The notes under the pieces are model-generated. The model saw only the letters and a list, made by a program, of their open reading frames with translations. It made no database searches and was not told the DNA's origin. A DNA stretch of 60,914 nt from Gammaproteobacteria bacterium (GTDB taxonomy: Bacteria > Pseudomonadota > Gammaproteobacteria > UBA6429 > Thiohalophilaceae). The stretch is taken from the NCBI GenBank assembly GCA_043719675.1, contig JAYSTO010000016.1, forward strand, positions 1 to 60,914, read 5' to 3'. A program made the position numbers and the translations under genes. Below, piece by piece: positions 26,401-36,672 of the stretch; position 1 is the stretch's first letter; each line of letters opens with the position of its first letter.

Positions 26401-28157
26401 CACCCATGAGAACCACAAAAGAATGCACATTTTCCAGCTGGGATGGCACCGCGTTGTTTTACCGCGCCTGGCTCGCTGATAAGCCGACTGATAAAGCCAT
26501 CATTTTGTTTCATCGCGGCCATGAACATTCCGGGCGTTGGCAGGACGTGGTAGATAAACTTAATTTGCCGGACTTTTCACTGTTTGCCTGGGATGCACGC
26601 GGTCATGGCCTTTCCCCTGGTGAACGTGGTTATGCGGAGAACTTCGGCGTGTTGTTGCAGGACGTCGATGCCTTCGTTCATTTCATCTCAGTCGAATACA
26701 AGATACCTATGGAAAATATTGTTGTGCTGGCACACAGCGTTGGTAGTGTATTAGCCAGCACCTGGGTGCATGACTACGCGCCACCGATCCGTGCGCTGGT
26801 GCTTGGCAGTCCTGCGTTGCGCGTGCGTTTGTATTTACCGTTCGCAATTCCGCTATTGCGCCTGTTGCTGAAAGTAAAACCGGTGTCCTTCGTACAGAGT
26901 TATGTGAAGGCTAAATTGTTGACGCATGATCCTGTTAAGATTGCCTCCTACACAGCTGATAAACTGATTACCCGCGCCATCGCGGTGAATATCCTGATCG
27001 GCCTGTATGATGCAGGCACGCGCCTGATGCGGGATGCCGGGGCGATTCAAACGCCAACCCTGATGTTGGTCTCCGGCGCGGATTGGGTCGTGAAACAATC
27101 AGCGCAACGACAATTCTTTAAGGGCCTATCTTCACCGCGCAAAGAAATGCATGTGTTCCCGGGGTTTTTCCACGACACCTTCAACGAAAAAGACAATCAT
27201 TTACCGATTGGCAAGGCCCGGGAATTTATCCTGCGTGAGTTTGTGCAGCCGACCGCAATACCCTTTCTCCTCAACGCACACCAGGTTGGCTACACAAAAA
27301 ACGAGTATGATTGCTTGCTTAAACCGCTTAGCTTGTTTTCACCCAGCGGACTGGTCTTTGCCCTATCCCGATTGATGTTAAAGACCGTGGGTAAACTCAG
27401 TCATGGTATACGCATCGGTCATGCCACCGGCTTCGACTCCGGCACGATGTTGGATTACGTGTATCGTAACCAGGCAGAAGGGTGGGCGCTGCTCGGTAAG
27501 ATGATTGATCGGAATTACCTCGACAGCATTGGCTGGAAGGGCATTCGTCTGCGTAAACAAAACCTGCAAAAAATGCTCAAACAGACCATCGAACAGGTAC
27601 ATGCTGAGGGCAAACCATTGCAGTTACTCGATATTGCCACCGGCCACGGACGTTATGTATTGGATACGTTACGTCAGATGCCTGCTTACCCGGTGTGCGC
27701 GTTATTGCGGGATTATAGCCCGCTGAATATCGAATCGGGTATGGCATTGGCGACACAAATGGGCTTGACCAATGTCACTTATGAACAAGGCGATGCCTTT
27801 GATAAAAAATCATTGGCACAGATCAAACCAACGCCCTCCATTGTCATTGTCTCAGGCTTGTATGAATTGTTCCCGGGCAACGAAATGATAAGTACATCCC
27901 TGCAAGGACTTGCCGCTGGCATGGCCGATGACGGCTATCTCATTTATACCAATCAACCGTGGCATCCGCAGGTAGTATTGATTGCGCGGACGCTGACCAG
28001 TCACCGTAATGGACAGCCATGGGTCATGCGTCGCCGTACCCAAGCGGAGATGGATCAATTAGTTGCCGCCGCCGGATTTGAAAAAATGGCAATGGCGATT
28101 GACGAGTACGGTATTTTTTCTGTGTCCATTGCCCGTAAGACCGCACACCGGCACTGA
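26397..28157 (+). CDS. fusion protein: N-terminal alpha/beta-hydrolase (lysophospholipase/monoacylglycerol-lipase-like) + C-terminal class I SAM methyltransferase
   Basis: 586 aa. The N-terminal half has HRGHEHSGRW and the nucleophile elbow AHSVGS. The C-terminal half has motif I LLDIATGHGRYVLD and motif II VIVSGLYELF. An ATGA overlap links it to the upstream gene. Confidence 0.8.
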   Translation: MTPMRTTKECTFSSWDGTALFYRAWLADKPTDKAIILFHRGHEHSGRWQDVVDKLNLPDFSLFAWDARGHGLSPGERGYAENFGVLLQDVDAFVHFISVEYKIPMENIVVLAHSVGSVLASTWVHDYAPPIRALVLGSPALRVRLYLPFAIPLLRLLLKVKPVSFVQSYVKAKLLTHDPVKIASYTADKLITRAIAVNILIGLYDAGTRLMRDAGAIQTPTLMLVSGADWVVKQSAQRQFFKGLSSPRKEMHVFPGFFHDTFNEKDNHLPIGKAREFILREFVQPTAIPFLLNAHQVGYTKNEYDCLLKPLSLFSPSGLVFALSRLMLKTVGKLSHGIRIGHATGFDSGTMLDYVYRNQAEGWALLGKMIDRNYLDSIGWKGIRLRKQNLQKMLKQTIEQVHAEGKPLQLLDIATGHGRYVLDTLRQMPAYPVCALLRDYSPLNIESGMALATQMGLTNVTYEQGDAFDKKSLAQIKPTPSIVIVSGLYELFPGNEMISTSLQGLAAGMADDGYLIYTNQPWHPQVVLIARTLTSHRNGQPWVMRRRTQAEMDQLVAAAGFEKMAMAIDEYGIFSVSIARKTAHRH

Positions 28158-28316
28158 GCCCGGCAGCGGCATCCGCGGCAGATGAAGACCGCCTTCATCA
28201 TCCCAGCTGCGTCCATTTCCCGTTATATTTGCCATTAAATTGCAAACTGCTCACATGACAACCAATTCAAAAAGGCCTAACATTGCCCCATAATTGCTAC
28301 ATGAAGGAATAAACCC

Positions 28317-28847
28317 ATGTTAATCAAATCTCCACTGCCTGTTATCCTGGCTACAGTATCCGCCCTGTGCATCACTGTATTCATCAGCGGTTGCTCGGAT
28401 TCCGCATCGGCCGATGCAAAACACGCGGAATACAGACTGCCTAACAGTGATATTCGCCTTACCATTACAATCCAGTCTGGTGAAAAGGAACGAATCGTCC
28501 GCGCTACCGACGGTGATCAAGAACTATTTAAAACTAAGCTCGACAAAAACCCAGAGGGCAAAACCCGCGCACGATTATACAAAAATAAAGAAAGTTATAC
28601 CCTGGTTGACGGCAATGGCGAACGCTATTTATTAAATATGCGCGAAAAACGTTTTGAGAAAAGTGCGGACGACAAAAACGCGGCAGGCGCCACCTATGTT
28701 GGAAAATTTGATTTTGATAAAAAACACAACTGGCGTTTTATCCCCAGCAAACAAATTGCGAAGGCTGATGACACGCCACCTACTGCCACCTCCAGTTCGT
28801 CTTCAGAAAAGGGGCGGTTTGGCCCGCCATCAAAACAATTTCGATAG
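28317..28847 (+). CDS. hypothetical lipoprotein
   Basis: 176 aa with lipobox ISGC and a Lys-rich mature part. No family was recognised. Confidence 0.55.
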   Translation: MLIKSPLPVILATVSALCITVFISGCSDSASADAKHAEYRLPNSDIRLTITIQSGEKERIVRATDGDQELFKTKLDKNPEGKTRARLYKNKESYTLVDGNGERYLLNMREKRFEKSADDKNAAGATYVGKFDFDKKHNWRFIPSKQIAKADDTPPTATSSSSSEKGRFGPPSKQFR

Positions 28848-28912
28848 TTTCTTATAGCACCGTTGACGTCGCGCACCGAGTACGCGACGTCGATATGTGT
28901 TAACTGTTACGC

Positions 28913-29119
28913 TTATTTTATTTCGTCGATTTTTTTCTGCTGTTGTTCTAACGTCTGCTGCAATGCCTTGGCACTGTCCTGAGCCTGCTGAATCGACTGT
29001 TGTGCCTGTATAGGCGTGGCACCGGGCGAGCCACTGACCGGATCGTTATTTGCTTTTAGATACCACATCAGTAAGCCGCCGATTATCACCAAACTGAACA
29101 GCAAAGAAAGATATCGCAT
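28913..29119 (-). CDS. small membrane-anchored Gln-rich coiled-coil protein
   Basis: 68 aa with one N-terminal TM helix then QAQQSIQQAQDSAKALQQTLEQQQKKIDEIK. It lies 40 nt downstream of the diguanylate cyclase on the same strand. Confidence 0.45.
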   Translation of the reverse strand: MRYLSLLFSLVIIGGLLMWYLKANNDPVSGSPGATPIQAQQSIQQAQDSAKALQQTLEQQQKKIDEIK

Positions 29120-29159
29120 GGCGCAAGCTCCGTTAGATAGTTATAAGGGTAAAACTGTT

Positions 29160-31151
29160 TTATTCTGCAATCTCGATTCGATTTCGCCCATTTTCCTTTG
29201 CCTTATATAGACTCTGATCGGCGCGTTCAAACAGAGTCTCGATCGCTTCTTCATCACGATAATATGTCAAACCGGCAGATACGGTAATAACTACGCGTTT
29301 ATCCTGAAAATGAAATGGCGTTTGTTCTATTATGCCACGCAGTTTTTCTGCCACTGTTTTACCAACAGCGATATCCGCTTCCGGCAGTAATAACACAAAT
29401 TCTTCGCCGCCATATCGTGCCACAAAATCAGTTTGTCGAATATGTTCACTGAGTACCTCACCTATAACCTTCAGTACTCGATCACCTGCAGCATGACCAT
29501 AGGTGTCATTAATTGTTTTGAATTTGTCGACATCAAATACAGCCAACCCCAACGTTGATTTGTAGCGTCGGCAACGGGCAATTTCCATGGCAATCCGTTC
29601 TTCGTACGCCTTGCGATTCGGCAATCCCGTCAAAGTATCTTGCATGGCTTCTTGTTGCGTCTGCTCCAGCCGTTGCTGCAACTGCGCACCACCCTTTTCA
29701 AGCGCATGCACTTTTTCAGTTAACTGCACAATCAACGCCTGGGCCTGCTCATGCCGTTGTTGCTCGGTGTCACGAAACGTTTTGACGCGGTTATCAATCA
29801 TATCCAGGCGTGTCACTATCGTCTGCTTTACCTGTATCAGCTCGGTCATGTCTTGCATCGATTTTTTGATGTAATCAATCTCACCATGCACATCAGACTC
29901 CATAGCAACCACATGCTGCTGCGTTTCTTCGTGCCGCCTGCCAGTCTGCCGCAAATCTGCATCGATCTCCTCCAATCGTAAATTGAGTTGTGAAAAAAAA
30001 CTCTCCAACTCATTGCGCTGCACGGTAAGACGACTACAAATCTCTGCAACCACATCCGCCAAAGCGTGCAAACAGTGCACGAGGCCATCGACTTTTCCTG
30101 ATTGTTCAGAAAACAGTTTTTCAATCTGGCTGACACTGGCTTGTAAATCCTTGGGTGGACTGAGGTGTGTGATAAATGCCTTAACCGCTTCGACAATCTC
30201 ATTCAGTGAGTTTGCATCCAGCATCACCGGCAAAGGTTCTGTTGAATTATAGGCTGACTCGATATTCTGGGCGATAACTTCGATTATCGGTAATAAATCC
30301 TTGCGACGTCGCGCCTTATTGATGTGACTTTTCAGTGTACGGAAATTAATGCGCCGTTTGACATTATCGGGCAAGCGCAACGCAAGCTGTAATAACAGAT
30401 CACCCACGGCAGGGGCAATGGTTTTGGGAGAATCGTTAAGATTGCTATCGGCACCCTCAACCGCTGGCATCCTCGATACCGGCGGTACAATAAGTTCGGC
30501 AGATTTTTTCTCTTCCACTATAGGTGGCTCAGTCTTTACGCCCAGCAATTCCTTGTCTTGCGACTGTTGTTCGCGTTTTGCAAAAATCCGTTCAAGAAAT
30601 TTGCTGCGCCGTTCGCCCTTGGCCTCAGCGGTGGGATTTAATGGCGGCTCAGCCTGGGGTGATGTTTGCTTCTGCTCGAATTCAATCACTTGCTTAAACA
30701 AATTGGCAACTTGCTCAATTACCCCGTTCACCTCAGCAAACTCTTCCAATTCATTCAGTTGTTTGTCGATATCTTTGGCATTACGGCTAAGCGCGGCTGG
30801 AATGCTTACTTGTTTCAACAACGCCTGTAGGATGCGCGCCGGACTTTTTAATGCCTGGCGATTACTGCGGATTTGATCTAATTCGCCGATTTGCACGCTA
30901 ATGGTTTCAATCAGTGTGCGCAGCTTAACGATATCTTTGCCGTCGCGAACTGCATTGCGTAATTCGGCGAGTGACTGGCTTAATGGCGGATGACGTGCAT
31001 CCGCTGCTAAGGTAAGGCGTGCGACAAGATGACGCAATAGTCGTTCGATCTCACGCCAGGATTTTTCCTTGAGCTCCAGCTCGCCAAGCGTTTCGAAATA
31101 ACGCGTCTTCCAGCGTGCCTGTGGATCGAGGCTATCTTTGTCTGTTGCCAT
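29160..31151 (-). CDS. diguanylate cyclase with long coiled-coil N-terminal region (DgcP-like architecture)
   Basis: 663 aa. The C-terminal GGDEF domain has RYGGEEF and an RxxD I-site-like motif upstream. About 480 aa of helical/coiled-coil sequence precede it, with no TM helix or recognisable sensor. Confidence 0.85.
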   Translation of the reverse strand: MATDKDSLDPQARWKTRYFETLGELELKEKSWREIERLLRHLVARLTLAADARHPPLSQSLAELRNAVRDGKDIVKLRTLIETISVQIGELDQIRSNRQALKSPARILQALLKQVSIPAALSRNAKDIDKQLNELEEFAEVNGVIEQVANLFKQVIEFEQKQTSPQAEPPLNPTAEAKGERRSKFLERIFAKREQQSQDKELLGVKTEPPIVEEKKSAELIVPPVSRMPAVEGADSNLNDSPKTIAPAVGDLLLQLALRLPDNVKRRINFRTLKSHINKARRRKDLLPIIEVIAQNIESAYNSTEPLPVMLDANSLNEIVEAVKAFITHLSPPKDLQASVSQIEKLFSEQSGKVDGLVHCLHALADVVAEICSRLTVQRNELESFFSQLNLRLEEIDADLRQTGRRHEETQQHVVAMESDVHGEIDYIKKSMQDMTELIQVKQTIVTRLDMIDNRVKTFRDTEQQRHEQAQALIVQLTEKVHALEKGGAQLQQRLEQTQQEAMQDTLTGLPNRKAYEERIAMEIARCRRYKSTLGLAVFDVDKFKTINDTYGHAAGDRVLKVIGEVLSEHIRQTDFVARYGGEEFVLLLPEADIAVGKTVAEKLRGIIEQTPFHFQDKRVVITVSAGLTYYRDEEAIETLFERADQSLYKAKENGRNRIEIAE

Positions 31152-31176
31152 ACGGTGTGTACGCCAAAATGTATCG

Positions 31177-31950
31177 TCACGCGGCCAGGCGCGACATGTT
31201 CAATCCCTCTGGCAAACCCAGCTCCATCATGATCGGCAGATGATCCGAATAAGCATGATTCAGCGCCGTTACATTTAACACTTTAAATTCGGGCGTAACA
31301 AGGATATGGTCGATATTGTGCGTAGGACGCCAACTGGGGAAGGTCAGCGTTTCTTCTAATGGCTCATGTAAGCGGGTTCGATTAAATAGCATGCACATTT
31401 CTTTACTATCCGGCTTGCAATTCAGGTCCCCCATCAAAATAACATGCCGGTAGTCACTAATGCGCTCACCGATATACGCTAGTTGACGCATACGCGCCCG
31501 CGTACTCAGCGATAAATGCACGATAACCAGGGCAAGTGCGTGCTCGCCGCCGCCATACACCGACAATATCGCATTGCGTCCCGGAATCAATGTTGGCAAC
31601 GATAAATCTTCGACGTGGTTGGGGTGATAGCGGCTCAACAAACCGTTACTGTGTTTCGCAATCCGGCCGAAGTTACGGTTGACCTGGTGGTACCAATAGG
31701 GAAACTCCGCCTTTAATGCCAGGTATTCCACCAGATTAATGTTATTACTGCGAATACTGCCCGCGTCCACTTCCTGCAAGCCGACAAAATCGCACATGGC
31801 CAATACCTTCGCCACCTTGTCCAGATTGGTAAGGCGTTGCGGATGCGGCAACAGATGTTTCCAACTGTGAATGACATACTGGTGGGGACTGCGGGTATGA
31901 ATCCCGACCTGGATGTTATAACTCATGACCCGTAAATGTTGTCCGCTCAT
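31177..31950 (-). CDS. endonuclease/exonuclease/phosphatase (EEP) family protein
   Basis: 257 aa. Has LRVMSYNIQ at the N-terminus, LQEVD, and C-terminal SDHLP, which are EEP-fold catalytic motifs. Confidence 0.8.
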   Translation of the reverse strand: MSGQHLRVMSYNIQVGIHTRSPHQYVIHSWKHLLPHPQRLTNLDKVAKVLAMCDFVGLQEVDAGSIRSNNINLVEYLALKAEFPYWYHQVNRNFGRIAKHSNGLLSRYHPNHVEDLSLPTLIPGRNAILSVYGGGEHALALVIVHLSLSTRARMRQLAYIGERISDYRHVILMGDLNCKPDSKEMCMLFNRTRLHEPLEETLTFPSWRPTHNIDHILVTPEFKVLNVTALNHAYSDHLPIMMELGLPEGLNMSRLAA

Positions 31951-32015
31951 TGCGTGTGAAAATTACCCAGTTAATAGGGAATAGTAACGTATCCCTCGTT
32001 GCCACACCCTTGCTA

Positions 32016-33647
32016 CTAGATTGGGCAAACCATTTCGCCCAGCTTTGCGGTCAGCTTGAGATTCTCGCTGTAATCCACGGGACAATCAATGATGCTCACC
32101 GCCTTATCGGCTAACGCCTTGGTCAATGTCGGCAACAGCTCCTCGCCTTTCTTGATGCGATAACCTTTAGCTCCAAAGGCTTCGGCCAACTTCACAAAAT
32201 CCGGGTTGGTGAAATCCACGTTTGACTTACGGCCGAACTGGTTCATTTGCTTCCACTCGATCAGGCCATAAGCACTGTCGTTCCATATTAAAATAACAAT
32301 GGCGGTTTTCAAGCGTACAGCAGTCTCAATTTCCTGAACATTCATCAAAAATCCCGCATCGCCGGTCACCGCGACGATCTGTCGTTCGGGGTAGGCCAGC
32401 TTCGCTGCAACGGCGCCGGGTACCGCGATACCCATACTGGCGAAACCGTTGGAGATAATGCAGGTATTGGGGTATTCACAACGGAACATACGTGACATCC
32501 ACATCTTGTGTGCGCCTACATCACAAATGGCGATGCCCTCCATATCCATCGCCGTGCGCAGATCCCAAATGATCTTTTGCGGCTTCATCGGCACGGAATT
32601 ATCATCTTTATGCTGGTTCATGTCCTCGATCAAGGCTGTGCGTAACCCGCGCATGGCGGTACCGGTATGCGGGCTGGCAACTTGCATAATGCGCAGCAAG
32701 GAAAGCTTGATATCGCCAATCACACCTGTATCGACGTTGTAATACGCATCGACCTCCGCCGGTGCGTTATCAATGTGGATAATGATGCGATCCTTAGTGG
32801 GGTGCCACAAATACGGATGGTACTCAACCAAGTCATAACCGATACAGATAATCACATCGGCGCGATCAAAGCCGCAACTGACATAATCTTTTGCCTGCAA
32901 CCCGGCACTACCCAACGCCATCGGATGCTTGAAGGGGATCACCCCTTTGGCCATGAAAGTGTTGGCCACTGGAATGCGTAATTCCTGGGCAAATTCCGCT
33001 AACTGCTTCCACGCCTTGCTGCGGATCACACCGTTACCGGCGAGAATGATCGGGTTCTTGGCCTTGGAAATCAGCTCGGCGGCATGGTTCACTTTTTCAG
33101 ACGGCGGTTCCGGTGCGTGCGCTTGTTTGGCGGGTAATGGCGTATCGTCAATTTCCATTTCGGCGATGTTCTCTGGAAACTCAATAAAGGTCGCGCCTGT
33201 TTTCTCGGTTTGCGCAACTTTAAACGCCTTGCGTACCACCTCGGTGATGATATCCGGACTCAACAGCCGACTGGAGTATTTGGTGATGGCGCGAAACATC
33301 TCTTCGAGATCCAGCACCTGATGGGATTCTTTGTGTAACCGATGTGTACTGGCCTGACCAGCGATAGCAACCACCGGGGCATGATCCATGTTGGCATCCG
33401 CCACCCCCGTAATCAGGTTGGTCGCGCCCGGACCCAGTGTTGCCAGACAGACGCCGGCCTTGCCGGTCAGGCGGCCATAAACATCTGCCATGAAGGCGGC
33501 GCCTTGCTCGTGCCGTACGGTAATAAACTTGATCTTGGAGTCGAGCAGGGCATCCATGACGTCCAGATTTTCTTCACCCGGAATACCAAAAATGTATTCC
33601 ACACCTTCATTTTCCAAACACCGGACAAACAGTTCTGCAGCCTTCAT
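32016..33647 (-). CDS. thiamine-diphosphate-dependent acetolactate synthase, AlsS (catabolic) type
   Basis: 543 aa. Motifs include GIPGEENLDVMDAL, RHEQGAAFMADVYGRLTGK, HQVLD and the ThDP motif GDAGFLMN...N. No small regulatory subunit gene lies adjacent. Confidence 0.75.
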   Translation of the reverse strand: MKAAELFVRCLENEGVEYIFGIPGEENLDVMDALLDSKIKFITVRHEQGAAFMADVYGRLTGKAGVCLATLGPGATNLITGVADANMDHAPVVAIAGQASTHRLHKESHQVLDLEEMFRAITKYSSRLLSPDIITEVVRKAFKVAQTEKTGATFIEFPENIAEMEIDDTPLPAKQAHAPEPPSEKVNHAAELISKAKNPIILAGNGVIRSKAWKQLAEFAQELRIPVANTFMAKGVIPFKHPMALGSAGLQAKDYVSCGFDRADVIICIGYDLVEYHPYLWHPTKDRIIIHIDNAPAEVDAYYNVDTGVIGDIKLSLLRIMQVASPHTGTAMRGLRTALIEDMNQHKDDNSVPMKPQKIIWDLRTAMDMEGIAICDVGAHKMWMSRMFRCEYPNTCIISNGFASMGIAVPGAVAAKLAYPERQIVAVTGDAGFLMNVQEIETAVRLKTAIVILIWNDSAYGLIEWKQMNQFGRKSNVDFTNPDFVKLAEAFGAKGYRIKKGEELLPTLTKALADKAVSIIDCPVDYSENLKLTAKLGEMVCPI

Positions 33648-33756
33648 TGTTGTTCTCCTTAACGTTTCCTTAGTGGACTAACTATCGGCGCTACCCGCCC
33701 TTTCCTTAAGCGTGATCCGGCGTCACGACCTGTCGGGAATATTCGCAGCGGCCGAC

Positions 33757-34395
33757 TTATTTGACTGACACTTTCTTGATGAGGTGATCCACCACTTTCA
33801 ACGTGCCTTCATTCGTAGCGGCATATTTTGAGCTGGTGCGGTACTTACCGTTAACAATCATCGTGGGTACCCCTTCCACTTGATAGCTGTTGGTCAACTC
33901 CTGCGCACGCTTCATTTTTGAATCAACAGAAAAAGAACGAAAGGTATCCAAAAAATCTTTTTTACTGACGCCATGCTCGGAAAAAAACGCCGCCATCTTT
34001 TGATCGCTATAAATATCACGTTTCTGGTTGTGAATCGCCTCAAACAACGGTACATGGATCTTCTCCAGAACCCCCAGGGCTTCCGCCGTGTAAAAAGCGC
34101 GGGCTAAGGGTTCCGTCTCAGGCCAACGGGGAAAAATCACAGGAAAGCGCACTAACTCGACATTGCTAGGCAACTGTTTTTTCCATGCAGTCACTAGCGG
34201 CTCAAACTGAAAGCAGTGTGGGCAAGCATAAGTAAATGCCTCAACCACTTCTGTTTTGTTGACCGTGCTGGTTAAAACAGGGGGCTTAATATCCACATAT
34301 TCAATGCCTTCATCTATCCCGGCAACAACCAAACTGCTGGTGACTGAACTTCCCAGCAATACCCAGAGCGCTAACCTACGTTGTAATTTCGACAT
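33757..34395 (-). CDS. dsbA: periplasmic thiol:disulfide oxidoreductase DsbA
   Basis: 212 aa with a signal peptide and the active site CPHC within FTYACPHCFQFEP. Confidence 0.88.
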   Translation of the reverse strand: MSKLQRRLALWVLLGSSVTSSLVVAGIDEGIEYVDIKPPVLTSTVNKTEVVEAFTYACPHCFQFEPLVTAWKKQLPSNVELVRFPVIFPRWPETEPLARAFYTAEALGVLEKIHVPLFEAIHNQKRDIYSDQKMAAFFSEHGVSKKDFLDTFRSFSVDSKMKRAQELTNSYQVEGVPTMIVNGKYRTSSKYAATNEGTLKVVDHLIKKVSVK

Positions 34396-34581
34396 TTTCC
34401 TCTCCTAAAACGATTTCTGATTTTTTAATCCCATTGCCGCCACAGACATTGTCATGTAGGACTCATGCCCAGGAAACAAGTTTCCAACCCACAAAGCCGT
34501 ACTAATTTAGTTTGGCCCTCTGTCAGGGCTTCGTTACAATAGCTGCCATTTTATCCTGCTGCTAATCATAACTGAATGTAG

Positions 34582-35223
34582 ATGACGCTAACGTTAACAG
34601 ATTCTCTCTTGCTTGAGGCACACCAGCTCCGCTGTGAACGCGGGGAGCGCCTGTTATTTGAGTCCCTCTCGTTTCGAATCGCCTCCGGTCAGTTATTGCA
34701 GATCGAAGGCGCCAACGGTAGTGGCAAAACCACCCTCTTGCGTACTTTATGTGGCTTATCGCCTCCGGCCGAGGGTAAAATCACCTGGTGCAATGAAAAC
34801 ATACAGGATAGCAGCCAGGAATACCTCACGCAGCTAACCTATGTTGGCCACCACCCCGGTATCAAACTCGACCTGACAGCACTGGAAAATCTGCGTTTTG
34901 CCCAGGACATGTCGCGCAGCACGGTCACCGATCCAGCCCTGCTTCACGCCCTGGAACGCATCGGTTTATTCGGCTTCGAGTACGTACCTTGTCGTCACCT
35001 GTCAGCCGGTCAACGCCGTCGGGTTGCCTTGGCGCGACTGCTGGTTGCCGACACCCGCCTATGGATCCTGGATGAACCGTTCACGGCTATTGACCGCGCT
35101 GGCACGCAATTGCTGACTCAATTGCTGACCCAGCACTTGCACAATAAGGGCTTGGTAGTACTGACTTCGCATCAGCCCATTGAATTAACAGACGGTGATA
35201 TTACCCGTCTGGTATTGCATTAG
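34582..35223 (+). CDS. ccmA: cytochrome c maturation ABC ATPase CcmA
   Basis: 213 aa with Walker A GANGSGKT, signature LSAGQRRR and Walker B LWILDEP. It is the first gene of the ccm operon. Confidence 0.9.
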   Translation: MTLTLTDSLLLEAHQLRCERGERLLFESLSFRIASGQLLQIEGANGSGKTTLLRTLCGLSPPAEGKITWCNENIQDSSQEYLTQLTYVGHHPGIKLDLTALENLRFAQDMSRSTVTDPALLHALERIGLFGFEYVPCRHLSAGQRRRVALARLLVADTRLWILDEPFTAIDRAGTQLLTQLLTQHLHNKGLVVLTSHQPIELTDGDITRLVLH

Positions 35224-35241
35224 ATCGTCGAGACAACAGCC

Positions 35242-35910
35242 ATGTATTCCGCCTTATTCTCCCTGCTCAAGCGCGACTTGATGCTGGCCTTTCGACACCG
35301 CTCCGAGCTGATGAATCCATTGGTTTTTTTTCTCATTGTCGTCAGTTTATTTCCGATGGGACTCAACCCCCAAAGCCAGGTACTGCCAATGATGGGCGCC
35401 GCCGTCATCTGGGTGGCAGCATTGCTTGCCGCGATGTTGTCGCTGGATAATATGTTTCGTAGCGATTTTGACGATGGCACCCTGGAACAAATTGTGCTGT
35501 CGCCCTGGCCCTTGCCGGCCATGGTATTGATGAAAGTCCTGGCGCACTGGTTGGTAAGCGGTATTCCGCTGGTATTGCTCTCTCCGCTGCTGGGTGTGAT
35601 GTTCAACCTACCTGCGGAGAGTATTGGCGCACTGGTTCTCACGTTATTAATTGGTACGCCTGTGCTCAGCTTAATCGGCGCCATTGGTGTAGCATTAACT
35701 GTAGGATTGCGCCGGGGTGGTGTGCTGTTGTCACTATTAGTGTTACCTTTGTACATCCCGATATTAATCTTTGGTGCGGGTTCTGTCTGGGACGCCTCAT
35801 TGGGTGCCTCCATATACGGGCCGCTCCTGTTTATGGGCGCGATTCTGGTGCTGACCTTGACCTTAGCGCCTTTTGCGATTGCCAGCGCAGTCAGAATTAG
35901 CTTGGAGTAA
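35242..35910 (+). CDS. ccmB: haem exporter membrane protein CcmB
   Basis: 222 aa and polytopic, with the FxxDxxDGSL-like motif FRSDFDDGTLEQI. Confidence 0.9.
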   Translation: MYSALFSLLKRDLMLAFRHRSELMNPLVFFLIVVSLFPMGLNPQSQVLPMMGAAVIWVAALLAAMLSLDNMFRSDFDDGTLEQIVLSPWPLPAMVLMKVLAHWLVSGIPLVLLSPLLGVMFNLPAESIGALVLTLLIGTPVLSLIGAIGVALTVGLRRGGVLLSLLVLPLYIPILIFGAGSVWDASLGASIYGPLLFMGAILVLTLTLAPFAIASAVRISLE

Positions 35911-35916
35911 TTTATC

Positions 35917-36672
35917 ATGTGGGTGTGGTTTCATAAACTCGGCTCACCGCCGTATTTTTACCGCTTTTCAGGCGTGATATTGCCCTATCTCGCGGTGGCG
36001 TGCCTGCTGAGCATGAGTATCGGTGTGTTCTGGGGTTTATTTAAGGCTCCACCGGATTATCAACAATCCGAAACCGTACGCATTATCTATGTTCACGTCC
36101 CGGCAGCGATGTTTTCCATGTCGATCTATGTCGTCATGGCCATCGCCGGTGCAGTGACTTTGATTTGGCGGATCAAACTGGCTGAGCTGATCGCGGCGGC
36201 CTCGGCACCGATTGGCGCATCGTATACTTTTATTGCGTTAGCTACCGGCTCCTTGTGGGGGCGCACGACCTGGGGTAACACCTATTGGGAATGGAGCGAT
36301 CCGCGATTAATGTCCGAGTTAGTCCTGTTTTTTCTTTATCTGGGGTACATTGCCTTGTACTATGCTTCAGAAGATCGGCGCGGTGCCGCGCGCGCCGCCG
36401 CTGTGCTGGCCTTGGTAGGTCTGGTCAATATCCCCGTTATTCATTATTCCGTAGAATGGTGGACCAGCTTGCATCAAGGGTCAACCAGCCGCGGCGCGCA
36501 ATTTGCCGCGACAATCCACCCGAGCATGCGTTACCCCCTGTACATCATGATGTTGGGATTTGCGCTATTTTATGCCGTCACCTTATTGAAAAACACCCGC
36601 AGTATGTTGCTCGCCAGCGAACGCAATAATGCGTGGGTAAAAGAGGTAGTAAACCAACATGAGTCTGCCTGA
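35917..36672 (+). CDS. ccmC: haem exporter / haem lyase component CcmC
   Basis: 251 aa with the WWD-type region WGNTYWEWSDPRL and conserved His residues. Confidence 0.9.
   Translation: MWVWFHKLGSPPYFYRFSGVILPYLAVACLLSMSIGVFWGLFKAPPDYQQSETVRIIYVHVPAAMFSMSIYVVMAIAGAVTLIWRIKLAELIAAASAPIGASYTFIALATGSLWGRTTWGNTYWEWSDPRLMSELVLFFLYLGYIALYYASEDRRGAARAAAVLALVGLVNIPVIHYSVEWWTSLHQGSTSRGAQFAATIHPSMRYPLYIMMLGFALFYAVTLLKNTRSMLLASERNNAWVKEVVNQHESA

Noticed and set aside
35220-35918. 232-aa minus-strand ORF
   Set aside because: It is fully antisense to ccmB, which has clear family motifs and operon context.
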